Under the pieces are notes generated by a model that saw nothing but the letters and a program-made list of their open reading frames with translations, searched no databases and was not told the origin of the DNA. Positions 13,035-24,544 of a stretch of 64,000 nt of DNA are shown here, in pieces; position 1 is the first letter of the stretch; every line of letters starts with the position of its first letter. Source of the stretch: Vicugna vicugna (taxonomy: Eukaryota); contig MU058384.1 in the NCBI GenBank assembly GCA_013265495.1, positions 4,770,792 to 4,834,791 of the forward strand, given 5' to 3'. Made by a program: the position numbers and the translations under genes.

Positions 13035-14385
13035 CTTTATATAACAGTTTTATTGAGATATGAGACACACATCATAATATTCACCCTTTTAAAGTGTGCA
13101 TTTCATTGGTTTTTATCATATACATAGAGTTGTGCAACCACCACTATCTGATTTTAGAACTTTTTCATTCCCTCTGAAAAGAACCCCGTATCTCTTAGCA
13201 ATCAGTCTCCACTTTTGGGTACAAGTGCACATGCACACGTGTACACACACACACACACACATACACACACACATATATCAAACCCTCCAGTTCTTGGCTA
13301 CCACTAATATACTTTCTGTCTTTAAAGATTTGCATATTCTGTACATTTTATATAAATGGAATCATAAAATATGTGGTCATTTGTAACCATCTTCTTTTGC
13401 TTAGAATAATGTTTTCATGCATCCTCCATTTGTAGCATGTATGGGTGCTGCTTTTTATTGTCAAATAAGATTCCATTGTATAGGTATATTACATTTTGTT
13501 TACCTGTTCATTAGTTTATAGACATTTGTTTATGCTTTGTGACTATTAATACTACTACTGTGAATATATATGTATAGGTTTTTGTTTGGCCATATGTTCT
13601 TGTTTCTCTGGGGTGTATATCTAGGAGTGGAATTGTGTCATATGGTAACTCTTTGTTTAACATTTTGGAAAACTACCAAACTCTTTTCCAAAGTAGCTGC
13701 ACTGTTTTAGAATCCTACCAAGTGGTTCCGGTTCCTCCTCATCCTTGCCAACACTTATTATTTTCTGTCTTTTTCATTGTAGCCATCCTAGTGGGTGGAA
13801 AGTGGCATCTCATTGTGATTTTGATTTGCATTTTCCTAATGACTAATGATGTTGAGTATTTTTGGAATGCCATTGTATATCTTCTTTGGAAATGTGTCTT
13901 CAATTCCTTTGCCATTCTTCAAAAAATTTTTTAATTTCTTTTTATTATTCACTTTTAAGGGTTTTTTTAAATATATTCTGAATAGAAGTCTTTTATCAGA
14001 TCATATAATTTGCAAATGTTTTAGCCCATTTTATAGGATATCTTTTCACTTTCTTGATGATATCCTTTAAAACAAAAAGGTTTTAATTTTTATAAAGTTT
14101 AGTTAGTCTTTTTTCTTTTGTCACTTGTGCTTTTGATGTCCTATATAAAAAATCATTGCCTAACCCGATATTCTAGAGATTTACTTTCTGTATTCTAGGA
14201 TTTTTGTATTTTTAACTCTTATATTTAGGTCTGTGATTATTTTGAGTTAATTTTTTTTAGTATGATGTGATGTAGAGGTCTAAGTTTATTCCATTGGCAT
14301 CTGGCTACCTAGTTGTCCCAGCACCATTTGTTGAAAAGACTATTCTTTCCCCATTGAATGGTCTTGGCACCACTGTCAAAAGACT
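13035..14385 (-). mobile_element. L1 (L1MA/MB-type) 3' portion with internal (CA)n at about 13243-13273
   Basis: Antisense L1 motifs: ttttattgagata, tatatctaggagtggaattg, catccttgccaacactt, agttgtcccagcaccatttgttgaaaagactattctttccccattgaat. Confidence 0.88.
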
Positions 14386-14969
14386 TTAATCTTAAGAGCA
14401 GAGTATATTTATGTTGTTTCTCATCTGTTACGTACAGGATAATGAATTTTACCAGGTACTTAACGTTTTTCCTTCCCTAAATCCCAGCCAGAGTTTTGTA
14501 TTGTTGAAGATTCACTTTTTTTCCCCAGTAACATTCTTTAAACAAGTATTTAAGTGTTTACCAAGTATGTGTGTGTGTGTGTGCACACATGCAAGATTCA
14601 ACATTGAATAAGAACATTTTACTGTAGGTGACAAACAATTAAAAAGGAAATAAATAAGATAATTGCAGCAATAAGTGATGTGAATAAAATAAAACAGGCC
14701 CAAGGGACAAAGAATGACTGGGAGGGAAGGCTGTTTTCTCAGAGGATGATTGTGGAAGATCTGTCTGAGAGAAACATTTGACGAGGAGCTAGTCCTGTCC
14801 TGCAAATGTCCTTATCTAGAAATCAAACTGGCGTGCTGGAGAAACAGAAAGAGGACTATTGAGCTTAATTGGGATAGTGAGCAGGCAAGGAGGAACGGTT
14901 TCATGACACGGTTGGAGAGAGGATCGGGAGGTCACGCATGCCTTTTAAAGGGCCTTGTAGGCATGGTGA

Positions 14970-15367
14970 TGTAGGGGGGGAAAAGCTACCTTCTACTCTT
15001 CTAGGTTCTATGGCTGGTCTAAGGATTAAATTGGCATAGACAGAGTAACAGGACTAAAAAAGACAATTTTAATTACAGACGTATGTGAGCCCCACAAAGT
15101 TTTGAGATTCTAAAGGCTACTAGGGAACTGACCCTAGGAAAGGGATGGAGGAACTGGTTGCCTATTATGCAGGTAAGTCTCTCAGGTGAACAAATTAGTC
15201 CTGATAATCGCTCTCTTTCTGGTAGACACCCTTTCCAATGTGCATTTCCCTTATGAAAGGGTAACTTCCACTCTGTTTAGAGAACTTCTGTGTCTGCAGT
15301 TTCTCAAAGTAATCCTTATGCCAAAAATAATCACATATTTTGGGGTGACATATTCTGCTGTCCTTCA
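14970..15367. mobile_element. Solo ERV LTR (probably ERV1 class) inserted in L2
   Basis: TG...CA termini. The end ...ccttatgccaaaa...catattttggggtgacatattctgctgtccttca is typical of ERV1 LTRs. The L2 resumes on both sides. Confidence 0.7.
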
Positions 15368-15508
15368 ATAATGAGTGTAGGATATTGCTTGAATTAGAGA
15401 AACAAGTGATTGAGATGCTAAACTGCAGAGAATATGAGAATGGATTTTAAAAAGAGAATAAGAGTCTTCAGTTCAAGAAAGAGGAGATTGTAGCCTGGAC
15501 TAGGGTAG

Positions 15509-15845
15509 TGTTAAAAGATAATCTGATGCATATTAAGTATTTTAAGAGCTTTTTTTTGAGCAAAAAAAAAATTGATTCCAGTTGGGCAACACCAAGCTGG
15601 AAATCAGAAGCATTTCACCTATAGGCGCTGGAGAAAGACTTCTAGAGAGAAAAGGCAGAAATGAAGGAAAGTATTGATTGGCTGTAGTTTAAAGCCTAGT
15701 TGGCTGTTTGTGATTAGTTGTCCTTAGGCTTCAATTTTATAATCTTGAGAGATTTACAGGCTTAGATTTTGATTTGCTTAGTGACCATAGGCCATCCTGG
15801 CATTACAGCCACCTCAGCCTAATGGTCTCCTTGTTTAATTTAACA
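15509..15845. mobile_element. Solo ERV LTR (337 bp) inserted in L2
   Basis: Inverted termini TGTTAAA...TTTAACA, a 4-bp near-TSD GTAG/GTGG, and an internal gattggctg CCAAT-like motif. Confidence 0.7.
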
Positions 15846-15898
15846 GTGGTAATAATAAAAATGCAAGTAATGGACAGGTTTGGGGACATATTTTGGAA

Positions 15899-16001
15899 GT
15901 AGATTCAACACAGCATGGTGATGGATTGGATGGTGATATAAGTAAAAGAGGTAGATTCAACACAGCATGGTGATGGATTGGATGGTGATGTAAGTAAAAG
16001 A
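15899..16001. repeat. 52-bp tandem duplication (2 copies, 1 internal mismatch)
   Basis: gtagattcaacacagcatggtgatggattggatggtgat(a/g)taagtaaaaga at 15899 and 15951. Confidence 0.95.
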
Positions 16002-17743
16002 CAGAAACAAGGAATAAATTCTGTGTTGCTGCTTTCAGCAATTGTGTACATGTTAGTAGTGCATTAAAGGTGAGGAATACTGGAGTGGAGTTTTCAATAT
16101 GAATATAGATATGAAGTAGGCAATTGGATATATGAGTCGAGCTCAGGAGAGAAGTCAGGGCTAAAGTCACATTTGTTTTAGACTGTCAGATTTAGTAGGA
16201 TCACCTGGGGAGAGAGTATAACCAAATACCTAAGGCACTGGTCCAGGAAATAGTACATCAGGGAAGCCTTGAAGTATTTTAAGAAAGAGGAGTGATAAGC
16301 TGTCACATGCTACTGAGAAAATGAGTAAAATGAGGACAGAAAATTGGCATGATGACGTCCTTTGGTTACCCAGGTGAATGCTATTTCAGTAAGTGGCTGA
16401 GACAAAAGGGTTGAAAGGTTGAAGACAGAATGGGTGACAATAAAGCAGACTGTGTGGACCATTTTTTTAAGAAATTTTGAATGGGAAGCAAAGAAACAGG
16501 AGCTGGCGGGGAATATTAGATGGACAGTATTAAACCATATTTATTTGCTAATGGGAATAATTCAGTGGTGATGGAGAAGTTGATAAGGTACCATGGAGGG
16601 AGTAATTGCTAGACACAATGCATTGAAAAAGTGAGAGGGAGTGTAATCCTGAATACCAGTGGAGAAAGTAGCCTTAAGAGAAGGGATTTTTCATCGTTTC
16701 TAATAAGCAAATAGGTAGAAACTGTGGGTAGATAGTCAGATACAGATTTGATGATGGGAAGATAAAAGAGTTCTCATCTGATTGCTTCTGGGACTGTAAT
16801 TGGTGTTAGAAGTCTTGCATTGTTCTGAATTGCAATAGCCCTGGAATATTTACACCTGAATTTATAATTTACAAATTTCCTTGCTCTTTCCTTTGTTTAG
16901 GGATAGATTGAAGTGTATCACAAATGGTACTGCTTGGAGTCTATTTCCATTAAGCTTTGTATGATTCCTCACAAATGAAATCAATCTGTTTTTCTCATAT
17001 TCCCAGACGTATTTATTCATACCTAGCATGTCATATAATTGGGCCTATTCTGCCTTAAATTATAATTAATTTTGCCTGTGTTTCCCAGAGTTAAATTATG
17101 AATTCCGTCTGGTTGGAACAACTCTTTCTCTCCTGTCTTCCTTCCTCCCTCCCCTCTCTCTTCTCCCTCCCTTCCTTCTTTCTTTCTTTTTAAAATTGTA
17201 CATAGTATCACTTCTACCTCTACTCTTTACTGAATTTCTATGCTCCTCTAAAGCTTCTTGAAGCCAGAGGACTTTATCTTTTTTCCCAACAAATTAAGGT
17301 CACCTACCCTAGATGAATATAAATGCAACCAAGCTCAAGTTTATAGAAGAATGCTCTTAAGGTAAAGTAATGATTTATATTATAGTTTAATCTATCTTGG
17401 AAAATATTATTCACTGAAAAATAAAAAGGTTTTAAAAATAGAGAATACAAAGAAAATAAAATTTTAAATCTCCTTTAAAAAGTTTATGTATTTTTATCAT
17501 AAAGAGGAAGAAATTAAGTTGAGATTTGAGAGTAGCAGTTTTTAGTTATTTGGAGGGTTTTTTTATTTGTAATTGATCACGATTATTTATTCTTGGCATT
17601 CCAAAAGAGAAAATTAATGTTTTATTATTATTATAGTATTTGGAAGATTGGCTTTACTGTAGAAGTAGTACAAGCTACTAGAGGCCACAAAAAGAAATTG
17701 TGGGATTTCATTACTGGAAGTCTTAGGAAACAGGAAAAATCTT

Positions 17744-18629
17744 TGTTTTAGAAGAAACCAGTTTTCTTTCTGTCTCCTTTCACGTTATTAACCACACTTC
17801 AGTACTACTGAGGCCAAATGGGTGGGGGATTTCCCTCACCAAACAATTCTGTGACACCAGCTGGGTATCCTACAACTTAATTCTGACACAGTCTCCCTAA
17901 AGATAGAGTCAGACCCTGCAAATTAAAGGCTCAAACCAACAAGACTGCCCACTCCCACACGCCCTTCAGACGCTATTTGCAAGTCCAGGTTACTTGCACT
18001 TCTGACCAATCATCTGTCAGTTTAGATCCCCATGACCCCCTCCTTGGGTTTGGTTAATTTGCTGAAGTTGCTCACAGAACTCAGGAAAACAGTGGACTTT
18101 CTATTTACCAGTTTACTCTAAAAGGGTATAGATGAACATCCAGATGGAAGAAATGAACAGAGCAGGGCATGTGGGAAGGGGCTTGGGTCTTCTTTGTCCT
18201 CTCTCTGGCTGTGCCAGTCTCCTCCACACATTCACCATCCTGGAAGCTCTTTGAATCCCATGCTCTTGGGATTTTTATGGTGGCTTCAGGTAGGTATGGT
18301 CAGTTATCAACTCTGTTTTCAGCCTCTCTCTTCTCTCTGGAAAATGGAGAGAGGGGCTGAAAATTACAAGTTTCTCATCATTTCTTGGTCTTTCTGGTGA
18401 CCAGCCCTCACCTAGGAGCCCACAGAGAGTCACTTCCGTGGAGCAAAAGATTCCTACCACCTAGGAAATTCCAAGGGATTTCAGAGCTCAGTCTCAGGAA
18501 CCAGGGTCAAAGATAAACTGTAAGAAGAAGAGATGCTCCCTAGTGCTCTTGGAAATTACAAGGGTTTTAGGAGCTGTGTGCCAGAAATTAGGGCCAGAGA
18601 TCTGTGTATATTTTTTCTGTTATTTCACA
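17744..18629. mobile_element. MER21-like solo LTR
   Basis: MER21-family motifs gacaccagctgggtatcctacaa, gctcacagaactcaggaaaac, aggaaattccaagggattt, ggaaattacaagggttttaggagctgtgtgccagaaa; ends ...tttcaca. Confidence 0.8.
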
Positions 18630-18829
18630 TTTCTGTTTCTAGATTTAAAGATGAGAATTAAACCATGTAAACTAATGAATTTCTTACTTTTAAGCCCATT
18701 ATTTTGTAATTCTTATCATCAAAAAGTTACATACATTGAGAAATCTTTCATACACTTACTACCTTAAATTTGGCTAAGATTTTAAAACATGCAGTGCTTT
18801 CACATGTATTAATTCATCTGACTTCTGTG

Positions 18830-20130
18830 TAGTTATTAGTGCTGTACCAGCCATTTACTAAAGAAAGGTAAATAAAACCTGTCCCTTGCCCTCAAGAAGA
18901 TTACAGTCTGATAGATGATAATGAGCAAAATAAGTAAGCATACTAATGTGTCACCAGTGCTGGATACTAGAAATGTGGGACATAGGGAAGAGACAAAGGA
19001 GGGAGAGGTAAGTTCTATGGGGAGAGTCTGTAAGGCTTTCGTACACCATGCAGTACTTGGACTAAAGCTTGACAAAGGAGTTGGCATCCACAAGGAGGAT
19101 GGAGTCAGGAAGAAAAAGCCCATTCCAGGAAACAGGAACAGTGTGAACTAAGTCACAGAGACAGGAAACAGCCTGGCGTGTCTGAGGAGCTATATGCAAT
19201 TTGTTGTAGCTGGAACACAGCATATGGAGCAATAAGGTTGGAAGGCCAGGTATTTGTTATAATATAGAAAGCATTGTATGTCATACTAAAAAGTATGGAT
19301 TTTATCCAATGGGACAATTGATGATGGGTTTGAAGCAGAAGTGTTAGTCAATATAATTGGCATTTTAGAAAAATCACCCTGGTAGCATTGTAGAAGGAGA
19401 ACTAGAGAACAGACAAGAGGGAAAGAAATCAGGAGACTACTGCAGTGGTAGTGCTGACTGTGGAGAATGTGGGATCAGATGCCAGAGCGTCTGACTGACT
19501 TAACGAGTGCCTGTGTGTGGAGCGTGGGGATGCAGTTGAGGACGATGCCCGTCTGTCTGCTGGACCAGCTAGGTGGATTGTGATAGCTCTCCCTCAGGAA
19601 GTAACAGTTGGGGAAAGTTTCGTTTGGTTCTGAGCTTACTGATCAGAAGAGTTTTAGACTGAAAAAATATCAGTATAGAAGGCAGATGAAGTGATGAAAA
19701 CAAACGCTATTGCCCAGGACAACCATGTGGTGTGAGGGAAGAAGAGGGCCCAGTGGGTCTAGCAAACAACACTGATAAAGCAGCAGGAGGATAGCCAACA
19801 GAAAATGGTTTTCCAGACTCAGGAGAGTGATTAACAGTGGCATTTAGGCTCAGAGGCCTAAATGAATATGCTGAATATGATCATTTGAAGTCTACAATGA
19901 CTCTAACTTCAGATTTAGTGTTTTAATGGACAGAAGCTTTGTTGTAGTTGTTTGAAAGTGAATGGTTGAGGTATATGGGAAGCAGTTATGTGCTATGTTT
20001 TCAAGAAGTTTAGCTTTCAGTGAAGCTTAAGGAAATTACAGAATCATGGTGAGAATTTTTGTCTTCTGTTTGTTTTTGTACTCAAGTAGAAAGATTTATG
20101 CATATAGCCTGTAGGGAAGCAGCCAGTAGA
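18830..20130 (-). mobile_element. L2 LINE fragment
   Basis: cctgtcccttgccctcaagaagattacagtctga, cattccaggaaacaggaacagtgtgaac, gcattttagaaaaatcaccctggtagca. Confidence 0.75.
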
Positions 20131-21912
20131 GAATTTGGAAGAGTTTTACGGATATCCCCAAGGGAACATCTAAAGGGATTAATCTTGACTAGAAGGATAC
20201 GTCTTCCTCTGGCACTGAAAGAAAAGAGACCAGGGTAGGTGCATGAGGTATATTCTTCCATGGATTTGGAAATGAGGATTTCAGGGGGTTCAAGACCAAA
20301 TCTTCTGTCTGAAGTAAGGAAATACATGGAGAGAGAAAGGAGGTGAAGGTTTGCATTGCATTGAGGTAAACTGACGTTCCCTGAGGCATTATTACTGGGT
20401 AAGTGGTGTGACCCAGGACTAGATCTTAGTTTTGAGCTTCACAGGGGGATAATATCAGTAATCTTTGACCCACCAGTCCTTGCTGTATGTATCAAAGGCT
20501 CAAAAAGTCTTGATTAAAAATGACAAAATAAAACTTCTCTGTGGCTGATCCCAACTTGAATTGTGGTTTAGTTAATGCAGTGGTGATGAACTGACTTGTG
20601 GGGGGGGTGCGATTTGTAGCACTTACCCCAACATAAAGAATTTCTTTTTAATATTCATAGTGTTTCTTTCTAATCCCTCACTTCACTGTACCAACTTGTA
20701 AGGAAATCATCTGGGACCTAAAGACATGTTTGAATTTCTCTTTATGACATCATAGCCTACTCATTTCTTAGGTTTTACTAACTTAGAAATCACAGAAATG
20801 TAAGTGGCTCTTAGAACTTACATTATGAGAATGTTGAGATACCTGACTTCAGATACCTTGAATTTCACTTTGGCTCAAGTTTTCTGTTTAACATTTTCTT
20901 TAATATTAGGATTGTAATTTTTATAACAGACATATAATTTGCAACAAAACATTTCCTAAGTGTTGGTTTTTGAACGATCTTCCAATTAAAATATTCTCTG
21001 CATTGTTTGAATTTAGTGTGTAAAATAGACAGCTGTCTGAAGGGAGGGGGTCAACTTTTTTTAGCATAAGTATATAGACAGGATTAGTATCTTTTCAGTT
21101 ATTATTTAAAGCCAATTTAAAGTGTGTTCACAGTTTTAAACTTTACAAACAATTCTTCAGGTGAGTGTAACTTATAAAGTCAGCTAAAATGATTAGACTT
21201 GTAAGTATATATAAAAATAAGTGTTGTATCTCTCCCAATGGCTTTAAAATTAAATCACTAAAAGGTAAACTATTGTTAGTCTGTTTAGTTTTGTGCGTTC
21301 AGTTTTAGGTTAGAGCTGCGACTTTTTTAACATGAAAATTAACCCCTCCTAGAGAATTAGTATTTGAATATTTTACACAAAGCTGTTTATACCCTGAAAG
21401 AGTAGGCAAAACAGTTCTGTGATTAACTTGGCAGAAGTTCTAGGTGTTTTTTTTTTCTTTTTCTCTATTATGAATTTCATTAAATTTTTATGTTTTTAGT
21501 TTTCTACAGTATGGAGGTATTAAACTGACTTTGGCAGACTGTGGTTTTTGCGTGAAGCAAGCAGAAAAGTGTGTTGTGAAAAGAGGATAGATTGTTGTAG
21601 GGTAGACTATCTTAGCCAACTTTCTGTTGTTGTAAAATTATTAAGCAATTCTTTTCCACAGCATATATTTCAAAAATAGATATTGCTTCACTCTATTTAA
21701 TGGTTGTTATTATTTTTCTTCCTCTAAATGAATTAGTGAATATATGTAAGCTAGCTTTGAAAATACTTTGAGTTCCAATTTCAAATCACTATAATAATTA
21801 ATAATTTTCCCACAAAATTAGAATTGAGTTATCTGCCCTATTATGTTGCCACATATCACTTCATGGACATCTGAACAGTCTCTAAAGTAATGTGTTAAGA
21901 AAGAGCAGAATT

Positions 21913-22270
21913 CACAGTGAAAAACAATGTGACAATGAATATATGTATGTTCATGTATAACTGAAAAATCGTGCTTTACAATGGAATTTGACACATCATT
22001 GTAAAATGACTATAACTCAATAAAAAAAAGTGAAAAAAAAAGACATTCAGTATTACTAGTCATCAAGAAAATGCAGATCTGTACAATGAGATATCATCTC
22101 ATACCTGTTAGGATACCTATTATTAAAAAGTCAAAAGAAAAAATGTTTTAACCAGGATGAGAAGGAAAAAAAAACCTTGTGTGTTGGTAGTAATATAAAT
22201 TGGTATAGACATTATGTAATACATTAAGGAAGTTTCTCAAAAAATTAAAAATAAAATTACCATATAATAA
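21913..22270 (+). mobile_element. Camelid-type L1 3' end with A-tail (21913-22040), followed by an older L1 ORF2-end fragment (22041-22265)
   Basis: gaatatatgtatgttcatgtataactgaaaaa...gactataactcaataaaaaaaa, then tgagatatcatctcatacctgttaggat...gtttctcaaaaaattaaaaataaaattaccata. AGCAGAATT flanks the whole unit. Confidence 0.8.
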
Positions 22271-24426
22271 AGCAGAATTATAAAAGTACTTAGGAAGAAC
22301 ATGTAATTGTAGATTATAGTCTTTTTTTTAACAGCATTTTATGTAAAAAGAATGTCATGTCTTTCTGTTTAATCCTATTCTAGTCTTCCTGCTATTCATT
22401 TTTGTTTTAGCACAAGTAAATTTCTGAAGAGGAAGACTGAAAACCAGATTTGTGCGTGTGTGTTTGTGTGTGTGTCCCCAGCATGCACCTGTTCTTTTGC
22501 ACCAGATTTCAAAATGTATTATTTGACATGTAGAATAATAATTTTCAAGAACACAGAAGTAAATCTGAAAAATGATTCTAAAAAGAGAAGTAGATTAAAT
22601 AGTTAAGTGATAAACTTATCATTTTGTATGAGTACTTCCATTTAAAAGCATGGACTCTGAAGAATTTACCACATTATCACCCTGCATCACGTATTTCTAA
22701 TTACCCTTACTACTAGCAACGTTAGTAACTGATATTTATATAGCATTTGACTTGTATAGCACTTAATGGTCCCCTTTGCCAACATACTCTATTTAATCTA
22801 TTTCTTATTTAATACGTGATTTAGTGCTTTATGGTTAGCCTGTGTGAATAGCGCTTTATGATACCAGTTCATCATTACTGTTCTTCAGGCACATTCCCTT
22901 TGAAGTATACATGCTATTTTTACTATCTCCATTTAAAGATGGAACATAAAGTTCAACGAGTTAGGTGATTTCATTATTACTTTAGCTATTGTATCAATAT
23001 AGATAGTCAACGTTAATTTTGGTCAGTATTTCATAATGCCTCCTGATAGAATTTTTAAAACTGGATAATCTTTCTTAGCATTGATGTGGTATTTGATCCC
23101 ATCAGACTTCTTTGAAAAATACTTTTATTTTTTATAAGATGATACCATAACCTTAGATACCTTAGAACTATATTACCATATTATCTTAATTAATTGACTT
23201 TATTCACCAGCTTATCTGAATCTCTTTGCTTCAAGAGAAAAACTTAATCTAAGATATACATTTACTATCACTGTTTGCAAGAAGAGAAGCATTTACAAAC
23301 ATGTAAATAATGGGTCAGATAAAGGGCATATAACCACAACCCACTGCTGTCTTAAACAGAACATCAAAAGGGAATTTTTAAATACTAATACGGTGGAAAT
23401 CCTCTGTGTAGTTTTGATTATTAAAAGGAGAGAGTGAGAGAGAAAGGAGCTATTTTCATTTACTAATATTTATGTACCATAAACTATCACTGAACAGTTT
23501 GTTAATTCACAGATTACTTTTTTACAGTAAATTAGACATGCAAAAACTGTTCCAAATTTTTTAAAATTAGGTCATATTTTATTGTCATTTCTGAAACTGA
23601 TAAAAATAATAAAGCTACAGTGAATGATTTATTAATAATGACCAAGAGAATAGCTCACTGCTGAAATTAAGTCTGAGTTGCAGAGTGAATTTACTAATTT
23701 ACTAAACATTTAAAACATTTTCTATAAACTGAGTTTTTCTATAATAGCTGTAGTTGATTTCTGTGGGACCATTGTACCCAGACACTTAGAATAGGATTTT
23801 TGTATTACAAAATATTGTATTTACTTACAGAAATTTCGCTCGTTTACTGTTTTAATGCTGTTTTTTAAAATTGTCTTAAGAATAAGGTTCTTTTGATGCA
23901 GTGGAAGTTATTTCACTTGGCAAGTTAGGTTACAGCTGTCTTATCTATGTCACCATGATGTATATAAACATGAGTATTACAGGTGTTTTCTGTGCAGCCC
24001 CTGAAAAGGAAGTACCTGCTCTTTCACAAAATGCTAGAGAAATGTGAAACATTTTAACTCTTTCTTGATTGAAAGCAGTCAGTGAGTCACTTTTATTTTT
24101 TGCATTTTTTGCACAATTTTATTCACCACTCTTAAATTATTAATAAAGTCAATTCTCTCATAAGCAAGCTTGTTTTCAAAGTAAGGTGGATTGACTTTCA
24201 TATAGCAACACTTCCATTACCACTGTATTCCTTCCTTGATGAAAACTATTCTGTAAAAACTATAAAGTTCTGTAAACTTTAAAAACTAAGCATATAAATC
24301 ATTACCACTCCTTTTGTCCTACCATGTGTCCTGGTTTGCATCGTAAGCAAGTATTTCTCATCCAGTTTTTGCATCAGTAACCCAGGAAATTACGCTTTCA
24401 TTTCTGATTTGCCTTTCCTATTACAG

Positions 24427-24544
24427 GTCAATAAAAATCTCTCATTTACCTCAACACCGGCCTCCTCACAGCAGTCTAAGTTAAAACAATCAAATGTGCT
24501 GGATGCTCAGCAGATTCTACGTCAGTTTGGTTTCACTCAGACCG
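24427..24544 (+). CDS. Internal coding exon (118 nt; [39 protein letters not shown] + G), phase 0/1
   Basis: Acceptor tttgcctttcctattacag| and donor CCG|gtgagc. 39 open codons plus 1 nt, in frame with the upstream exons. Confidence 0.85.

Larger units (their letters stand above)
14510..16790 (-). mobile_element. Fragmented L2 LINE, interrupted by two solo LTRs and a 52-bp tandem duplication
   Basis: Purine-rich antisense L2 motifs (aagggccttgtaggcatggtga, gcctggactagggtagtg, agtaggcaattggatatatgagtc, aaaatgaggacagaaaattg) that continue across the insertions. Confidence 0.7.

Noticed and set aside
17299..17361. AG...GT-bounded segment (attaag|GTCACC...TTAAG|gtaaag) between coding exons
   Set aside because: Poor acceptor context and an in-frame TGA in the required phase 0; no support as a coding exon.
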